Below are positions 1 to 10,861 of a stretch of DNA of 55,186 nt, in pieces; within the stretch, counting starts at the first letter, position 1, and every line of letters starts with the position of its first letter. The position numbers and the translations under genes are program-made. This DNA comes from a virus (taxonomy: Duplodnaviria; Caudoviricetes), in the IMG/VR virus record IMGVR_UViG_3300029893_000267, positions 1-55,186 of that record; one strand, given 5' to 3'. Under the pieces are notes generated by a model that saw only the letters and a list, made by a program, of their open reading frames with translations, was not told where the DNA came from and searched no databases.

Positions 1-80
1 TGCAAGGATTTATGATCCGAGAAGAGTAAGAACGCCTTTAAAATTATTGTTATCACCATTTTTAAATAAATTTTAATTAT

Positions 81-803
81 ATGAATTGGACTTTTGGTAT
101 TATTACAGATGGAAACAATGAGGTTTATTTAACAAATCTTATTGATTCTATAATAAACCAAAATATTAAAAATTATGAAGTTATTGTTGTTGGAAATTGT
201 AGTAATAATTTTTTAAATGTTAAATATATAAATTTTGATGAATTTATTAAACAAGGATGGATTACAAAAAAGAAAAATATAATAATTGAAAATGCTAAAT
301 ACGATAATATTTGTATTCTTCATGATTATTATCTATTAACAAATAATTGGTATAAAAATATAACAAATTATGATTGGGATATTTATGAGAATATTATTTT
401 AACTAAAGAAAATATTAGACATTCTTATAAGCTATTTCATCCTTATAAAATGATGAAATATTTAAAGGACAATCCAGAAGATGCTAATATTATTTCTAAA
501 ATATATTCAGAAAATTTTGGTTATGTGGTTGGAATTCCTCATTCAGAAAACAGATTAAAAAATCATCAATATATCTCAGGAGGATGTATAATTGCGAAAA
601 GGCGTGTATTATTAGATAATCTTTTAAATGAGAATTTATGTTGGGGAGATGCAGAAGATTTAGAATGGTCTGAAAGAGTTATTCCTAAGTATAATTATTA
701 TTTCAATGAAAATTCTATTATGAAAGTACAAAAACCTAATAAGTGGAACGTAAAAGAAATTCCTGAATTTTTAATTGAAAATCTTGTTAATTATTATAGG
801 TAA
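81..803 (+). CDS. GT2-like (GT-A fold) glycosyltransferase
   Basis: N-terminal WTFGIIT strand, YEVIVVG, KKN..I..AKYDNICILHD (DxD-equivalent), WGDAEDLEWS acceptor-side motif. Confidence 0.75.
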   Translation: MNWTFGIITDGNNEVYLTNLIDSIINQNIKNYEVIVVGNCSNNFLNVKYINFDEFIKQGWITKKKNIIIENAKYDNICILHDYYLLTNNWYKNITNYDWDIYENIILTKENIRHSYKLFHPYKMMKYLKDNPEDANIISKIYSENFGYVVGIPHSENRLKNHQYISGGCIIAKRRVLLDNLLNENLCWGDAEDLEWSERVIPKYNYYFNENSIMKVQKPNKWNVKEIPEFLIENLVNYYR

Positions 804-806
804 ATT

Positions 807-1694
807 ATGTTTATATATTCAACAGAAAAAAAGCCAACAATTAAAGTTGGATTTTGTGATACTTTTATAACAGCCGCAGAATATTTTTATTTTGTATTGT
901 CTCATAGATATAATGTAGTTTTAGATAATGAAAATCCTCAATTTTTGTTTTTTGGAGATAGAAATTTTGGGCAAAATAATTTAAAATACAATAATAAAGG
1001 TTGTATTAAAATTTTTTATACTGGAGAAAATCAGAGATATACAGATTATTCGTGTCATTTTGGAATAGGATATGATTATATAAACGATTCTAACTATTAT
1101 AGACTTCCATTATATGTAATTTATGAATGGGAAAATATTTATAAAAATAAAATAGGTTCTATTTTTGATTTAGAAAAGAAAAAAGAAGATTTAAAAAATA
1201 GAACAAAATTTTGTTCTTTTATTGTATCTAATCCTAATTCTCCTAAAAGAAATGAATTTTTTCATAAATTAAATGAATATAAAAAAGTAGATTCTGGCGG
1301 ACCTTTATTTAATAATATTGGATATATAATTCCAAGAGAAAACGGAGCATTTCGTAAAAGAGAATTTTTAAAACAATATAAATTTAATTTATGTTTTGAG
1401 AATTCTTCATATTCCGGACATGTTACAGAAAAAATATTTGAAGGATTTTGGGGGGGTATTCCTATTTATTGGGGGTCGGAAAAGGTTCGGAATGATTTTA
1501 ATTCAGAATCATTTTTAAATTGGCATGAATATGAGAATGACGATAAATTAATAGAAAGGATTATTGAATTAGATAAAGATAATGATAAATATTTAGAAGT
1601 ATATTTAAAATCTCCTATTAATTATAATAATAAAGTTTTTGATTTTAATAATTTTTTGAATTGGTTTGGTGAAAATGTATATAAAAAACAATAA
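807..1694 (+). CDS. GT10 alpha-1,3/4-fucosyltransferase-like
   Basis: IFYTGEN, KFCSFIVSN, YKFNLCFENS..GHVTEKI, IPIYWG: the alpha-1,3-fucosyltransferase motif. Confidence 0.9.
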   Translation: MFIYSTEKKPTIKVGFCDTFITAAEYFYFVLSHRYNVVLDNENPQFLFFGDRNFGQNNLKYNNKGCIKIFYTGENQRYTDYSCHFGIGYDYINDSNYYRLPLYVIYEWENIYKNKIGSIFDLEKKKEDLKNRTKFCSFIVSNPNSPKRNEFFHKLNEYKKVDSGGPLFNNIGYIIPRENGAFRKREFLKQYKFNLCFENSSYSGHVTEKIFEGFWGGIPIYWGSEKVRNDFNSESFLNWHEYENDDKLIERIIELDKDNDKYLEVYLKSPINYNNKVFDFNNFLNWFGENVYKKQ

Positions 1695-1761
1695 TTATAT
1701 TATACATAAATGTTCTATTAGAAATATCCTAAATACTATGTTCTTTATGTTGGATAATAAA

Positions 1762-1769
1762 TATAAATA
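1762..1769 (+). promoter_or_regulatory. T4-type late promoter (TATAAATA)
   Basis: Exact TATAAATA in the intergenic gap upstream of the endonuclease gene at 1852. Confidence 0.55.
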
Positions 1770-1851
1770 AAATTTCAATATAGTATTTGAAAAAAGAAAA
1801 GGATATGTTAAAATTTATAGAGGAATTTAATGGACAAATTAATAAAGAGCA

Positions 1852-3084
1852 ATGCCAAGCAAATTAACTAAAGAAATTGTAAACGAAAGATTAAAAGATA
1901 AAAAAGTGGAGTTAATAGGAAAATATAGAGGAATATATAAGAAAACAACTTTTAGGTGCGAAAAAGAACATGTATGGGAAACAACCCCTGCAGTGATTTT
2001 TAACGGGAAAAAATGTCCTCTATGTTTAAAAAAAGAAAAATTTTTAACTAAAATTGAAGTTAATAGAAGATTATCTCAAAGAGATATAATTTTAATCAAC
2101 AAATATACACACTCTCAAATTAAACACGAATTTGAGTGTTTAAAATGTGGTAATATATGGGCAGCCGTTCCTAATGATATATTTAATGGAAGAGGTTGTC
2201 CTATATGTAGTTTAGAAAACAGAAGACTTTCTATAGAAGAAATAAATAAGAGGTTAGCACCAAAAAATATTAAATTAATAGGAGAATATAAAGGAATAGA
2301 TAAGAAAACAAAATTTAAATGTAATAAAGGACATATAATAGAAAATTCTCTTAATAATATATTAAGAATTGAAAAGTGTCCGATATGTAATGGAAATATA
2401 ATAAAGCAATATAATAATAAAGAAGATAAAAAGAACTATTTTAATAAAAAATTAGAAGAAGAAAATAGAAATATAATTTTAATAGGAGAATATATAAACT
2501 CTTCAACTAAAACAACCTTTCAATGCTATAAAGGACATATTTGGCAAGGGATTCCTAATTTAATTTCTAAAGGTATTGGATGCCCAGAATGTGCAAAACA
2601 TAAAAAATTAACCAAGGAAATAGTTAATAAAAGGTTAGAAAATAGGAATATTGAATTGATCGGAGAGTATTATAATGTAATGACTAAAACTCTATTTAGA
2701 TGCAAAGAAAATCATGAATGGAAATCTACCACAGATAATATATTAAGAGGAAAAGGTTGTCCCATTTGTGCAAAGTATGGGTTTAATCCTAATAAAAGTG
2801 CTGTATTATATTATTTAAATATATTAGGAACTGAATATTATAAAATAGGAATTACTAATAGAACTATAACAAAAAGATTTAATAAAGATTTAGATAATAT
2901 AGAAATTATTAAAGAAATCTTATTTGAAAACGGAATCTTTGCTCATAAAATAGAACAGAAAATTTTAAAGAAATATAAACAATTTTTATATAAAGGGCCT
3001 CCAATATTAAAAAGCGGAGGAAATTCTGAAATTTTTATTAAGGATATTTTTGAAGGAAATTATGAACAAATTAATAATATTTGA
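1852..3084 (+). mobile_element. Free-standing homing endonuclease-like gene: repeated zinc-ribbon modules plus C-terminal GIY-YIG-like domain
   Basis: Five repeats of IxLIGEY...FxC..GHxW...GxxCPxC; C-terminal LYYL...YYKIGITNR...R...E(Q)K...GNSE; sits inside the glycan operon. Confidence 0.75.
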
Positions 3085-4441
3085 CTTAGATGGAGTATGT
3101 ATATTTTCAAAGAATTTACATTATGAAGCTTTAAACAATGCATTATTTAAATTAAATCCTGAATATGTAATAGATTATCAACATCATTTAGCTATATATG
3201 ATGGATTATCAACAACAAAAAAATTACAACTACTTACTAAAAATAAAAATCTTGAACCTAAATATTATCAACAAATTTGGGAAGATAAACAATCTGCCAC
3301 TTTTGATTTGATTAAACAATATGAGACAGATGAAAAATTAATTAATATTTTTAAAAAATTAAAAGATTTAAATTATAAGATTGCTATAGCTTCTAATTCA
3401 ATTAGAGAAACGGTTAAACTTTTTCTTTTAAGATTAGGTATTATGGAATATGTAGATTTATATCTTTCCAATGAAGATGTTATTAAAACTAAACCATTTC
3501 CAGAAATTTATTGGAAAGCTATGACATTATTAAATTCACTTCCAAAGAATACTATCATAATAGAAGATTCTCATATTGGAAGGCAAGGGGCAATAGATTC
3601 TGGTGCGAATTTGTTGGCAGTAGAAGATCCTAATGATTTGACTTGGGATAAAATTTATGATAAAATAAAAGAGGTAGAGAACATGGAGAAAAAAATTAAA
3701 GTTCCTTGGATTAGTAAGAATTTAAATGTAGTAGTTGCTATGGCAGGAAAAGGAAGTAGATTTGCAGATGCTGGGTATACATTTCCTAAACCTTTAATTG
3801 ATGTTAAAGGAAAATCAATGATTCAAGTTGTTATTGAAAATCTTAACATGGAAGCTAATTTTATTTTTCTTGTATTAAAAGAACATGTAGATAAATATCA
3901 TATTGATTCTACTTTAAAATTACTAAAACCTGATTGTAAAATTGTTATTGTTGATGAAGTTACTGAAGGATCTCCGTGTACGGTATTATTAGCAAAAGAA
4001 TTAATTAATAATGATAATCCTTTATTTTTAGCAAATTGCGATCAATTTATTGAATGGGATGCTAATAATGTAATGTATTCTTTTCAGAATGATTTAATTG
4101 ATGGAGGAATTTTAGTATTTAATGACACTCATCCAAGATGGAGTTTTTCAAAATTAGATGAAAACGGATTTGTTCAAGAAGTAGCAGAAAAGAATCCAAT
4201 TTCAAACATTGCTAATACCGGACTATATTATTATAAGAAAGGATCTGATTTTGTTAAATATGCAGAGCAAATGATTTCTAAAAATATTAGAACTAATGGA
4301 GAATTTTATTCTGCTCCTGTTTACAATGAAGCTATTGCAGATGGTAAAAAAATTAAAGTTAGATTTGTAGATAAAATGTGGGGAATAGGAATTCCAGAAG
4401 ATTTAGAATATTTTATTAATAATTATAAAGGAGAACTATAA
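3062..4441 (+). CDS. HAD-family phosphatase fused to nucleotidyltransferase (sugar-1-P nucleotidyltransferase-like)
   Basis: IIFDLDGV, ASNS, KPFPEIY, IIEDS (HAD); MAGKGSRF..PKPLI, ANCDQ, EK..IS, WGIGIPEDL (NTase). ATG at 3062 behind GAAGGA preferred over the track start at 3050. Confidence 0.85.
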   Translation: MNKLIIFDLDGVCIFSKNLHYEALNNALFKLNPEYVIDYQHHLAIYDGLSTTKKLQLLTKNKNLEPKYYQQIWEDKQSATFDLIKQYETDEKLINIFKKLKDLNYKIAIASNSIRETVKLFLLRLGIMEYVDLYLSNEDVIKTKPFPEIYWKAMTLLNSLPKNTIIIEDSHIGRQGAIDSGANLLAVEDPNDLTWDKIYDKIKEVENMEKKIKVPWISKNLNVVVAMAGKGSRFADAGYTFPKPLIDVKGKSMIQVVIENLNMEANFIFLVLKEHVDKYHIDSTLKLLKPDCKIVIVDEVTEGSPCTVLLAKELINNDNPLFLANCDQFIEWDANNVMYSFQNDLIDGGILVFNDTHPRWSFSKLDENGFVQEVAEKNPISNIANTGLYYYKKGSDFVKYAEQMISKNIRTNGEFYSAPVYNEAIADGKKIKVRFVDKMWGIGIPEDLEYFINNYKGEL

Positions 4442-4584
4442 TGTTACCTTGGAGATATATGCCAATTGTAAATAACGAAGAAACAGAAGAAAAAGCTAAT
4501 ACTTCAAATGTTGAAAATGTTTTAGTTGAAGTTATTCCTATTGAAACTGATAAGAAATTGTTAAATGAACAAATTTATATCTAA
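4441..4584 (+). CDS. Small hypothetical protein (47 aa, MLPWRYMPIV...)
   Basis: AGGAG RBS; ATG overlaps the upstream stop codon; below the ORF-track length cutoff. Confidence 0.4.
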   Translation: MLPWRYMPIVNNEETEEKANTSNVENVLVEVIPIETDKKLLNEQIYI

Positions 4585-5069
4585 AGTTCAATTATAAATT
4601 ATACTTATTGTAGGATTCTTCTATTGGGATTATTATAGATTTTTATATTGCCTTTGTGAAGAAATGTAAATATAATAAACAATTATTTTATAATTTTATT
4701 AATGAAATGAAAAAAAACTTTATATATATGAATAAATTATTAGAAAAAGAAACTTTAGAATTAGTGATTAAATTAAAAGAATTTCTTTTAAAATTAGAAG
4801 ACAGATTAAATGGATTATTTGAAAGGTTAAAAATTAGATGAATGGGAAATTAAGAATTTTTGTTATTTGGTTAACATGAAAAGATTATTTAACTCCTAAA
4901 CCAAATTCCAGAAATGTTTTTGATAGTTTGATATAGAGTTTCAAATTTTGTAGTATTACTATTGAAATGTCTTTTGTTCCAAATGGTATTCATAAATTAT
5001 TACATAAAAAAAATATATGTGGATTTCATTACAAATTATTAGCAAATAAGATTAAATAAGAGGATTATA

Positions 5070-5864
5070 ATGAATAATGATTTAAGCGTTTGGATTTTAA
5101 CTTTTAATAGGCCAGCTCAATTAAATAGATTGATTTATAGACTAGGACAACAAGGATTTAAAGTTAATGTGTTTTCTAATCATCCTAAAGTAGAAATTAA
5201 TGAACATAATAAAATATATGTAGATGAAGTAATTATTAATACTTTAAATGACGAAGATTCATCTTCTTGGTGTTCAAGAAGTTGGAATTCTATTTATCTT
5301 AAGGGATTTAAAAATTCTAATAAATTAATTTGTTGTCAGGATGATATTAATATTTCAGATAATTTTGGAGAATGGATTAGAGAAAATTCTAAAAAATACG
5401 ATTTTATTCAGTTAGCAGGAGATAATTTTCATTACATTACATTAGATATATTAAGAAATGTTGGATATTGGGATGAAAATTTTCAAAATTGCTATTGTTC
5501 AGATGCAGATTATATAAAAAGAGTTTATATAGATTATCCTTATAAAGATAGAATTAGTCTTCATAATGGACATTCTTGGGAAACTGAATACAATCCTTGT
5601 AATGCATACGATCATATTTTTCATGACATGGGGACTAAAATTTGTGGGGATAATTCTTACCAAAATCAGCACTGGGAAGCAGAAAGTCTTGGGTTAAATC
5701 TTATCAAAATTTCTCAGGATTATTATAAAAGCAAATGGGGAGTAGATTGTGATAATACTGGTCCAACAATTTATTCAATTAATAGAAAATTTCCAGAAAG
5801 AATTATGTATCCTCATACAATTAAAAAATGGAATATTATAAAATATTTAAAATACAATAATTAA
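5070..5864 (+). CDS. GT2-like glycosyltransferase
   Basis: SVWILTFNRP, SRSWN, CQDD, VGYWDENF...DADYIKR. Confidence 0.8.
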   Translation: MNNDLSVWILTFNRPAQLNRLIYRLGQQGFKVNVFSNHPKVEINEHNKIYVDEVIINTLNDEDSSSWCSRSWNSIYLKGFKNSNKLICCQDDINISDNFGEWIRENSKKYDFIQLAGDNFHYITLDILRNVGYWDENFQNCYCSDADYIKRVYIDYPYKDRISLHNGHSWETEYNPCNAYDHIFHDMGTKICGDNSYQNQHWEAESLGLNLIKISQDYYKSKWGVDCDNTGPTIYSINRKFPERIMYPHTIKKWNIIKYLKYNN

Positions 5865-5867
5865 TTT

Positions 5868-7603
5868 ATGAAAGAATGGGTAATAGTTAATATAATAAAC
5901 AAAAAAATAAAATTAAATAGTTTAAAAGAAAAAGTATTTATAGAAAATTACGGAGAAGAATTATTTAGAAATATTAAAAATGAAACCATATTTTTAGCGG
6001 ATAATTGTAAACTAACAGAAAGAATTTATTGTATTTTAAATGATATTAAAGAAGTTCCTAAATGTAAAGTATGTCGGAAAGAAGTTTCTTTTATTAAATT
6101 TGGAAAAGGATATAAAAAATACTGTAATGGATTTTGTAGAGAAAAAGATCCAGAAGTTTTAATAAAAAGAAAATTAACTTGGATTAAAAATTATGGAGTA
6201 GATAATCCTTCTAAAAGTAATAATATTAAAATAAAAAAAAAGAAACCACTAACAAAAATTATGGAGTAGATAATCCTTCTAAAAGTAAAATTGTTCAAAA
6301 TATAAAAAAACAAAATAGTAGGGAAAAATATGGAACAGATAGTCCTTCTCAATCATATGAAATAAGAAATAAAATAAAGGCTTCTCATGATAAAATTAAT
6401 TTGGATATTAATATAAAAAATAAAATCTCAGAAAAAAGGAAAAATACCAATAAAAAATTATACGGGGTAGAATATTATTGTCAGACAGAAGAATATAAGA
6501 TTAAAGTTAGATCCACTCATATGAAAAATTATGGGGTAAATCATATATTTCAAAGCAAAGAAATAAAAAATAAAACTAAAAACACTAATTTTGAAAAATT
6601 TGGATCTATATATTCTACACAGCGACATTATACGTTAGAACAATTAGAAATTGTTAATAATCCTGAAAGATTAAAAGAAATTTATAATGAACATGTTGAT
6701 AATGAAATTCCCGTAGAACAACTTTCGTTAAAATATAGATTTTCTGAATCTTTATTAGGGCAGCATTTTAAAAAGAATGGATTAATTTCTAAAAAATTTT
6801 CAAAATCATTCCAAGAGAACATAATTAAAGAATTTCTTGATGAATTAAATATTGATCATATTCAAAACGATAGACAGCAATTAAACGGAAAAGAACTTGA
6901 TTTTTATATTCCGGAATATCAATTAGGAATTGAAATTAATGGATTATATTGGCATAATGAAAATAAAAAAGATAAATATAATTTACTAATTAAATATAAT
7001 CTGTGCAAAGAAAAAGGAATAAAATTACTTCATTTTTGGGATATAGAGGTTAAATATAAATTTGAGATTGCAAAATCTATTATTAAAGATAATTTGGGAT
7101 TAAATCAAATAATAAATATAAACAATTATATTATTAAAGAAATTTCTCAAGAAGAATCATACGAATTTTATGAAAATAATCATATATTAGGAGGGATTTC
7201 TTGTGATTATAATTATGGATTATATTATGAAGAAGAATTGTTGTCATGTATAGGAATTAATAAAGTAGAAGAAGGATATAAAATAATTAGAGATTGTACT
7301 AAAATAGGATACAATATAGCAGAAGGATTTAGTAAACTATTAAATTATGTTAAAAATATGTATAACAAATTTCCTATTTATTTGGTCCTTGATAAAAGAT
7401 TATTTAATGAAGAAAAATATATGAAATTTGGAGTTAAATTATACAAAGACACTCTTCCGAACATATATTATCATAAAAGTAGAATATTATATACTTATGA
7501 AGATTTTATTAAATTATATAATAATTTACAAAGTAATATGATAAAATTAAAAAATTGGAATAGAATTTATGATTGCGGAAATTTAATATTAAAAATTAAT
7601 TGA
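5868..7603 (+). mobile_element. Hef-like homing endonuclease gene (Zn finger, NYGVDNPS repeats, PD-(D/E)xK domain, GNAT-like C-terminus), split by a -1 frameshift at A9 (6233-6241)
   Basis: Track ORFs 5868-6269 and 6401-7603 join if one A is added; ELDFYIP..LGIEINGLYWH nuclease motif; NHILG...GFSKLL...IYDCGN tail. Confidence 0.75.
6186..6288 (+). repeat. Exact 35-bp direct repeat (6186-6220 and 6254-6288) encoding KNYGVDNPSKS
   Basis: aaaaattatggagtagataatccttctaaaagtaa occurs twice, offset 68 nt (69 would keep frame). Confidence 0.95.
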
Positions 7604-7633
7604 TTTATAAAATTTAAGGAGTAAAGAGGATTT

Positions 7634-8251
7634 ATGAAAATAATAATAGAAGTAGGATGTAATAATGGGAACGATACTCAATGGCTATCTGAAGAATGCG
7701 ATTATCTTTATGGATTTGAACCCAATCCAGAATTATTTCTTAATTTAAAAGAAAGATTTAAAGATAATCCTAAAATAAAAATTTTTCCTTATGCAATTGA
7801 TATTGAAGAAAAAACAAGAGAATTTTATATTTCAAGATATGGAGATTGTGGTAGTAGTTCTTTATATCCTTATGCTGATAATTTATCAGAAACAGAGTTA
7901 TCGAGATATTCTTGTTATGTAAATGGTCATGATGGTAAATGTGAAGTTGAATCTATTAGATTAGATTCTTTTATTGAAGATTATAATATTAAAGAAATAT
8001 CCTATCTGTGGATAGACGCAGAAGGAAATGATTTTAAAGTTTTACAATCTTTAGGAAAATATATAGATATTGTTAAAGAAGGAAGAGCAGAAGTTAATTA
8101 TAAAATAGATAATTTTAAAGATGCTGATAACCATTATGAAGATGTAAAAAAATGGTTAGAAGAAAGAGGATTTAAAACAGAAATTTTATATATTCATGAA
8201 CACGAAACTGCAATAGATATTGGATTTAAGAAAGTTAATATCGAGGAGTAA
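7634..8251 (+). CDS. FkbM-family SAM methyltransferase
   Basis: IEVGCNNG, YGFEPNP, GSSSL, RLDSFI, LWIDAEGNDFKVL. Confidence 0.9.
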   Translation: MKIIIEVGCNNGNDTQWLSEECDYLYGFEPNPELFLNLKERFKDNPKIKIFPYAIDIEEKTREFYISRYGDCGSSSLYPYADNLSETELSRYSCYVNGHDGKCEVESIRLDSFIEDYNIKEISYLWIDAEGNDFKVLQSLGKYIDIVKEGRAEVNYKIDNFKDADNHYEDVKKWLEERGFKTEILYIHEHETAIDIGFKKVNIEE

Positions 8252-8254
8252 TAA

Positions 8255-8947
8255 ATGAACACAGAAAATTATTTAAAAGGAATGGAACAATTTTGGACTG
8301 GAGAATCGAATCAATGGAATCTTCAAAATAAAAATCCTGTTGTAGGAAATTATTGGGAACACGAATCTTTTCCCGATTATGACACGGTTTTATTTGATGG
8401 AATTGAAACGGCAGGGAAAATTGGATTAGATTTTGGATGCGGTCCAGGAAGATGTATTATTAGATTTAGAGATAGATTTAAAAGAATTGATGGGGTAGAT
8501 ATTTCTGAAAAGAATTTAGAAAATACTAAACTTCACTTAGGAAGTATCGGACTTCCGGTTGATATGAATCTTTATAAGACTAACGGTAAAGATTTAGATA
8601 TGATTTTAGATAATGTTTATGATATAGTATATTCTGTTATTTGTATTCGACATATTAATTTATATTCTGCCAGACAAAGAGTATTTGAAGAAATTTTTAG
8701 AGTATTAAAACCGGGCGGTTGGTTCACGTTTCAGGTGGGATATGGAGATAGAACAAAAGAAGTTGTAGATTATTATAATGAAAAAGAAAATTATTCGTGG
8801 GGGGATTGGAAAAATGATGACTTAGAAAGATTTAAAAATGATGTTATGAAATATGGGTTTGTTAATTGGAAACATGAAATTCGAGATGTATGTCAGGATA
8901 ACCATTTAAAGTGGATATGGTGTAAAGTACAAAAACCTTTGGATTAA
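8255..8947 (+). CDS. Class I SAM-dependent methyltransferase
   Basis: LDFGCGPGR, GVDIS, YDIVYS, RVLKPGG. Confidence 0.9.
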   Translation: MNTENYLKGMEQFWTGESNQWNLQNKNPVVGNYWEHESFPDYDTVLFDGIETAGKIGLDFGCGPGRCIIRFRDRFKRIDGVDISEKNLENTKLHLGSIGLPVDMNLYKTNGKDLDMILDNVYDIVYSVICIRHINLYSARQRVFEEIFRVLKPGGWFTFQVGYGDRTKEVVDYYNEKENYSWGDWKNDDLERFKNDVMKYGFVNWKHEIRDVCQDNHLKWIWCKVQKPLD

Positions 8948-8948
8948 T

Positions 8949-9152
8949 ATGAACGAATGTATTTTTAATATAGAAAAAATTAAAGACGAATTTAGAAATT
9001 TAGGAGGAAATGTATATGAGAATATTGTTTCCCCCACTTGTAAAATAAATGGTAATTATATTACTGCATCGACATTTAAATTAGTTGAGTTATTAGACCA
9101 AGAACATTTACAAGGAATTGTGGAAGATAATGTTGGAGGGGGTCTTATATAA
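8949..9152 (+). CDS. Hypothetical protein, possibly a disrupted gene continuing to about 9285
   Basis: ORF abuts the upstream stop; a second open frame (MLEGVLYKDEKAF...) overlaps its end. Confidence 0.35.
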   Translation: MNECIFNIEKIKDEFRNLGGNVYENIVSPTCKINGNYITASTFKLVELLDQEHLQGIVEDNVGGGLI

Positions 9153-9369
9153 AGATGAGAAAGCTTTTGCTGAAATGTTATTTAAAAATTGGAATTCAAT
9201 TGCGTTTTATGAAAAATGGAGGATAGATGCTGTTTATACAACCAAATTATTTAAAAAAATATTGTTTAAGAATTTTAGTGTTTAATCAATATTGGTATGA
9301 AAAGCCTATATTGATTATTAATAATATATTACATAAATTGAATATTAAATTAAGATTATCGGTGGATAA

Positions 9370-9876
9370 ATGAAAATTATATCTCATAGAGGATATTTAA
9401 ATGGAAAAGATGATTATTTAGAAAACAATCCTAAAGAAATTATTAGAATATTAGAAAATACAGATTTTGATATTGAGGTAGATTTATGGACAAAAGATTT
9501 AAAATGGTATTTTGGACATGATTATCCTAAATATGAATTATCATCTGAAGAAATAATATTATTATTCGAATATTATTTTGATAGAGTTTGGATTCATTGT
9601 AAAAATTTTGATGCTTTAGATAATTTATCTTCCAGTAAACATTATTTATTTAAAAATTTAAATTATTTTTGGCATCAAGAAGACGATTTTACTTTAACTT
9701 CTAAACAATATATTTGGTGTTATCCTGGCAAATTTGAAGAAGATTTTTTTGGAAATATGGTGTGTTTAGATTTTGATTTAAAAGAATCTGAAGAATATTA
9801 TAAAAATCTTAGTGTATGTGCTATATGTACAGATTATCCGAAAAAATTGAAAGAAATTTTGAATAAAAAGGATTAA
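9370..9876 (+). CDS. Glycerophosphodiester phosphodiesterase-like (PLC-like TIM barrel) protein
   Basis: IISHRG, EN, DIEVDLW, FGHD, WIHCKN, ICTDYP. Confidence 0.8.
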   Translation: MKIISHRGYLNGKDDYLENNPKEIIRILENTDFDIEVDLWTKDLKWYFGHDYPKYELSSEEIILLFEYYFDRVWIHCKNFDALDNLSSSKHYLFKNLNYFWHQEDDFTLTSKQYIWCYPGKFEEDFFGNMVCLDFDLKESEEYYKNLSVCAICTDYPKKLKEILNKKD

Positions 9877-9880
9877 TTAT

Positions 9881-10861
9881 ATGAAAAAAATATTATTTGT
9901 AGTACATCGTTTTTATCCTTATCCTGGCGGATCTGAAATTTATGTTTATAATATGGCTAAGGAAATGGTATTGCGAGGATATGACGTAACAGTTTTTACC
10001 GGAGAACATAAAGGAAATGTAGCTGGAATTAAAGTTACTTCTGATACAAATATTTTTAATACTAAGTTTGATTTGTGTATAATTCATGGAGCAGGACCAC
10101 AAATTCAGAATATAGTTCTTCATAATACTAAAGAAATCAGAGAAAAAATTGGAACTAAATTTCTTTATATGATTATTCTTCCAGATCATTCTGATATTTC
10201 TATTATTGGAATGAATAATTGTGATTATATTTCTTGGTCTACTTTTGAAGATTTAGAATATATTAAACAATATGGATATAAACATAAATCTGTTGTTGTA
10301 AAACATGGAATTAATTATTTAGATTGTATTGGTAAAAAAGGATTTAGGGATAAATATAATTTACCAAAAGATAAATTAATGTTTTTGTCGTCTGGCGGAT
10401 ATTTTTATAACAAAAACATGAAAGAATTAGTAGAAACATTTAAAAAAGTGCAGAGAAAGGATGTATTTTTAGTTACTACTGGGTATGACAATAGATTTGG
10501 TATCATGCCAAAAAATTCTGAAAACGTATATAATTTTCTTTTAGAAGATAGAGAAGATGTGTTATCTGCAATTAAAGAAGCTGATTGTTATATAATGTAT
10601 TCGCAAGTAGAAGGATATGGATTAGTATTATTAGAATCTATGTTAAATAAAACTCAATGGATTGCTAGAAATGGTTCTGGAGCAAGAGTATTAAATCAAT
10701 GTAAAATAGGACAAGTATTTAATACAGATGAAGAGTTTATTAATTTAATTGAAAATTTCAAAGTGGATAAAGAAGAAATTGAAAAAGGTTATATTGAAGT
10801 TAATCATAATAGATTAATTAGAAATACCGTAGATGATATTGAAAAGGTTTTAGGAGAATAA
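9881..10861 (+). CDS. GT4 (GT-B) glycosyltransferase
   Basis: FYPYPGGSE, G.DVTVFT, HGI, K, EGYGLVLLESM (EX7E). Confidence 0.9.
   Translation: MKKILFVVHRFYPYPGGSEIYVYNMAKEMVLRGYDVTVFTGEHKGNVAGIKVTSDTNIFNTKFDLCIIHGAGPQIQNIVLHNTKEIREKIGTKFLYMIILPDHSDISIIGMNNCDYISWSTFEDLEYIKQYGYKHKSVVVKHGINYLDCIGKKGFRDKYNLPKDKLMFLSSGGYFYNKNMKELVETFKKVQRKDVFLVTTGYDNRFGIMPKNSENVYNFLLEDREDVLSAIKEADCYIMYSQVEGYGLVLLESMLNKTQWIARNGSGARVLNQCKIGQVFNTDEEFINLIENFKVDKEEIEKGYIEVNHNRLIRNTVDDIEKVLGE

Noticed and set aside
4656-4841. Track ORF as a real gene (likewise 45549-45875)
   Set aside because: GTG/TTG starts without RBS in eroded regions; more likely remnants
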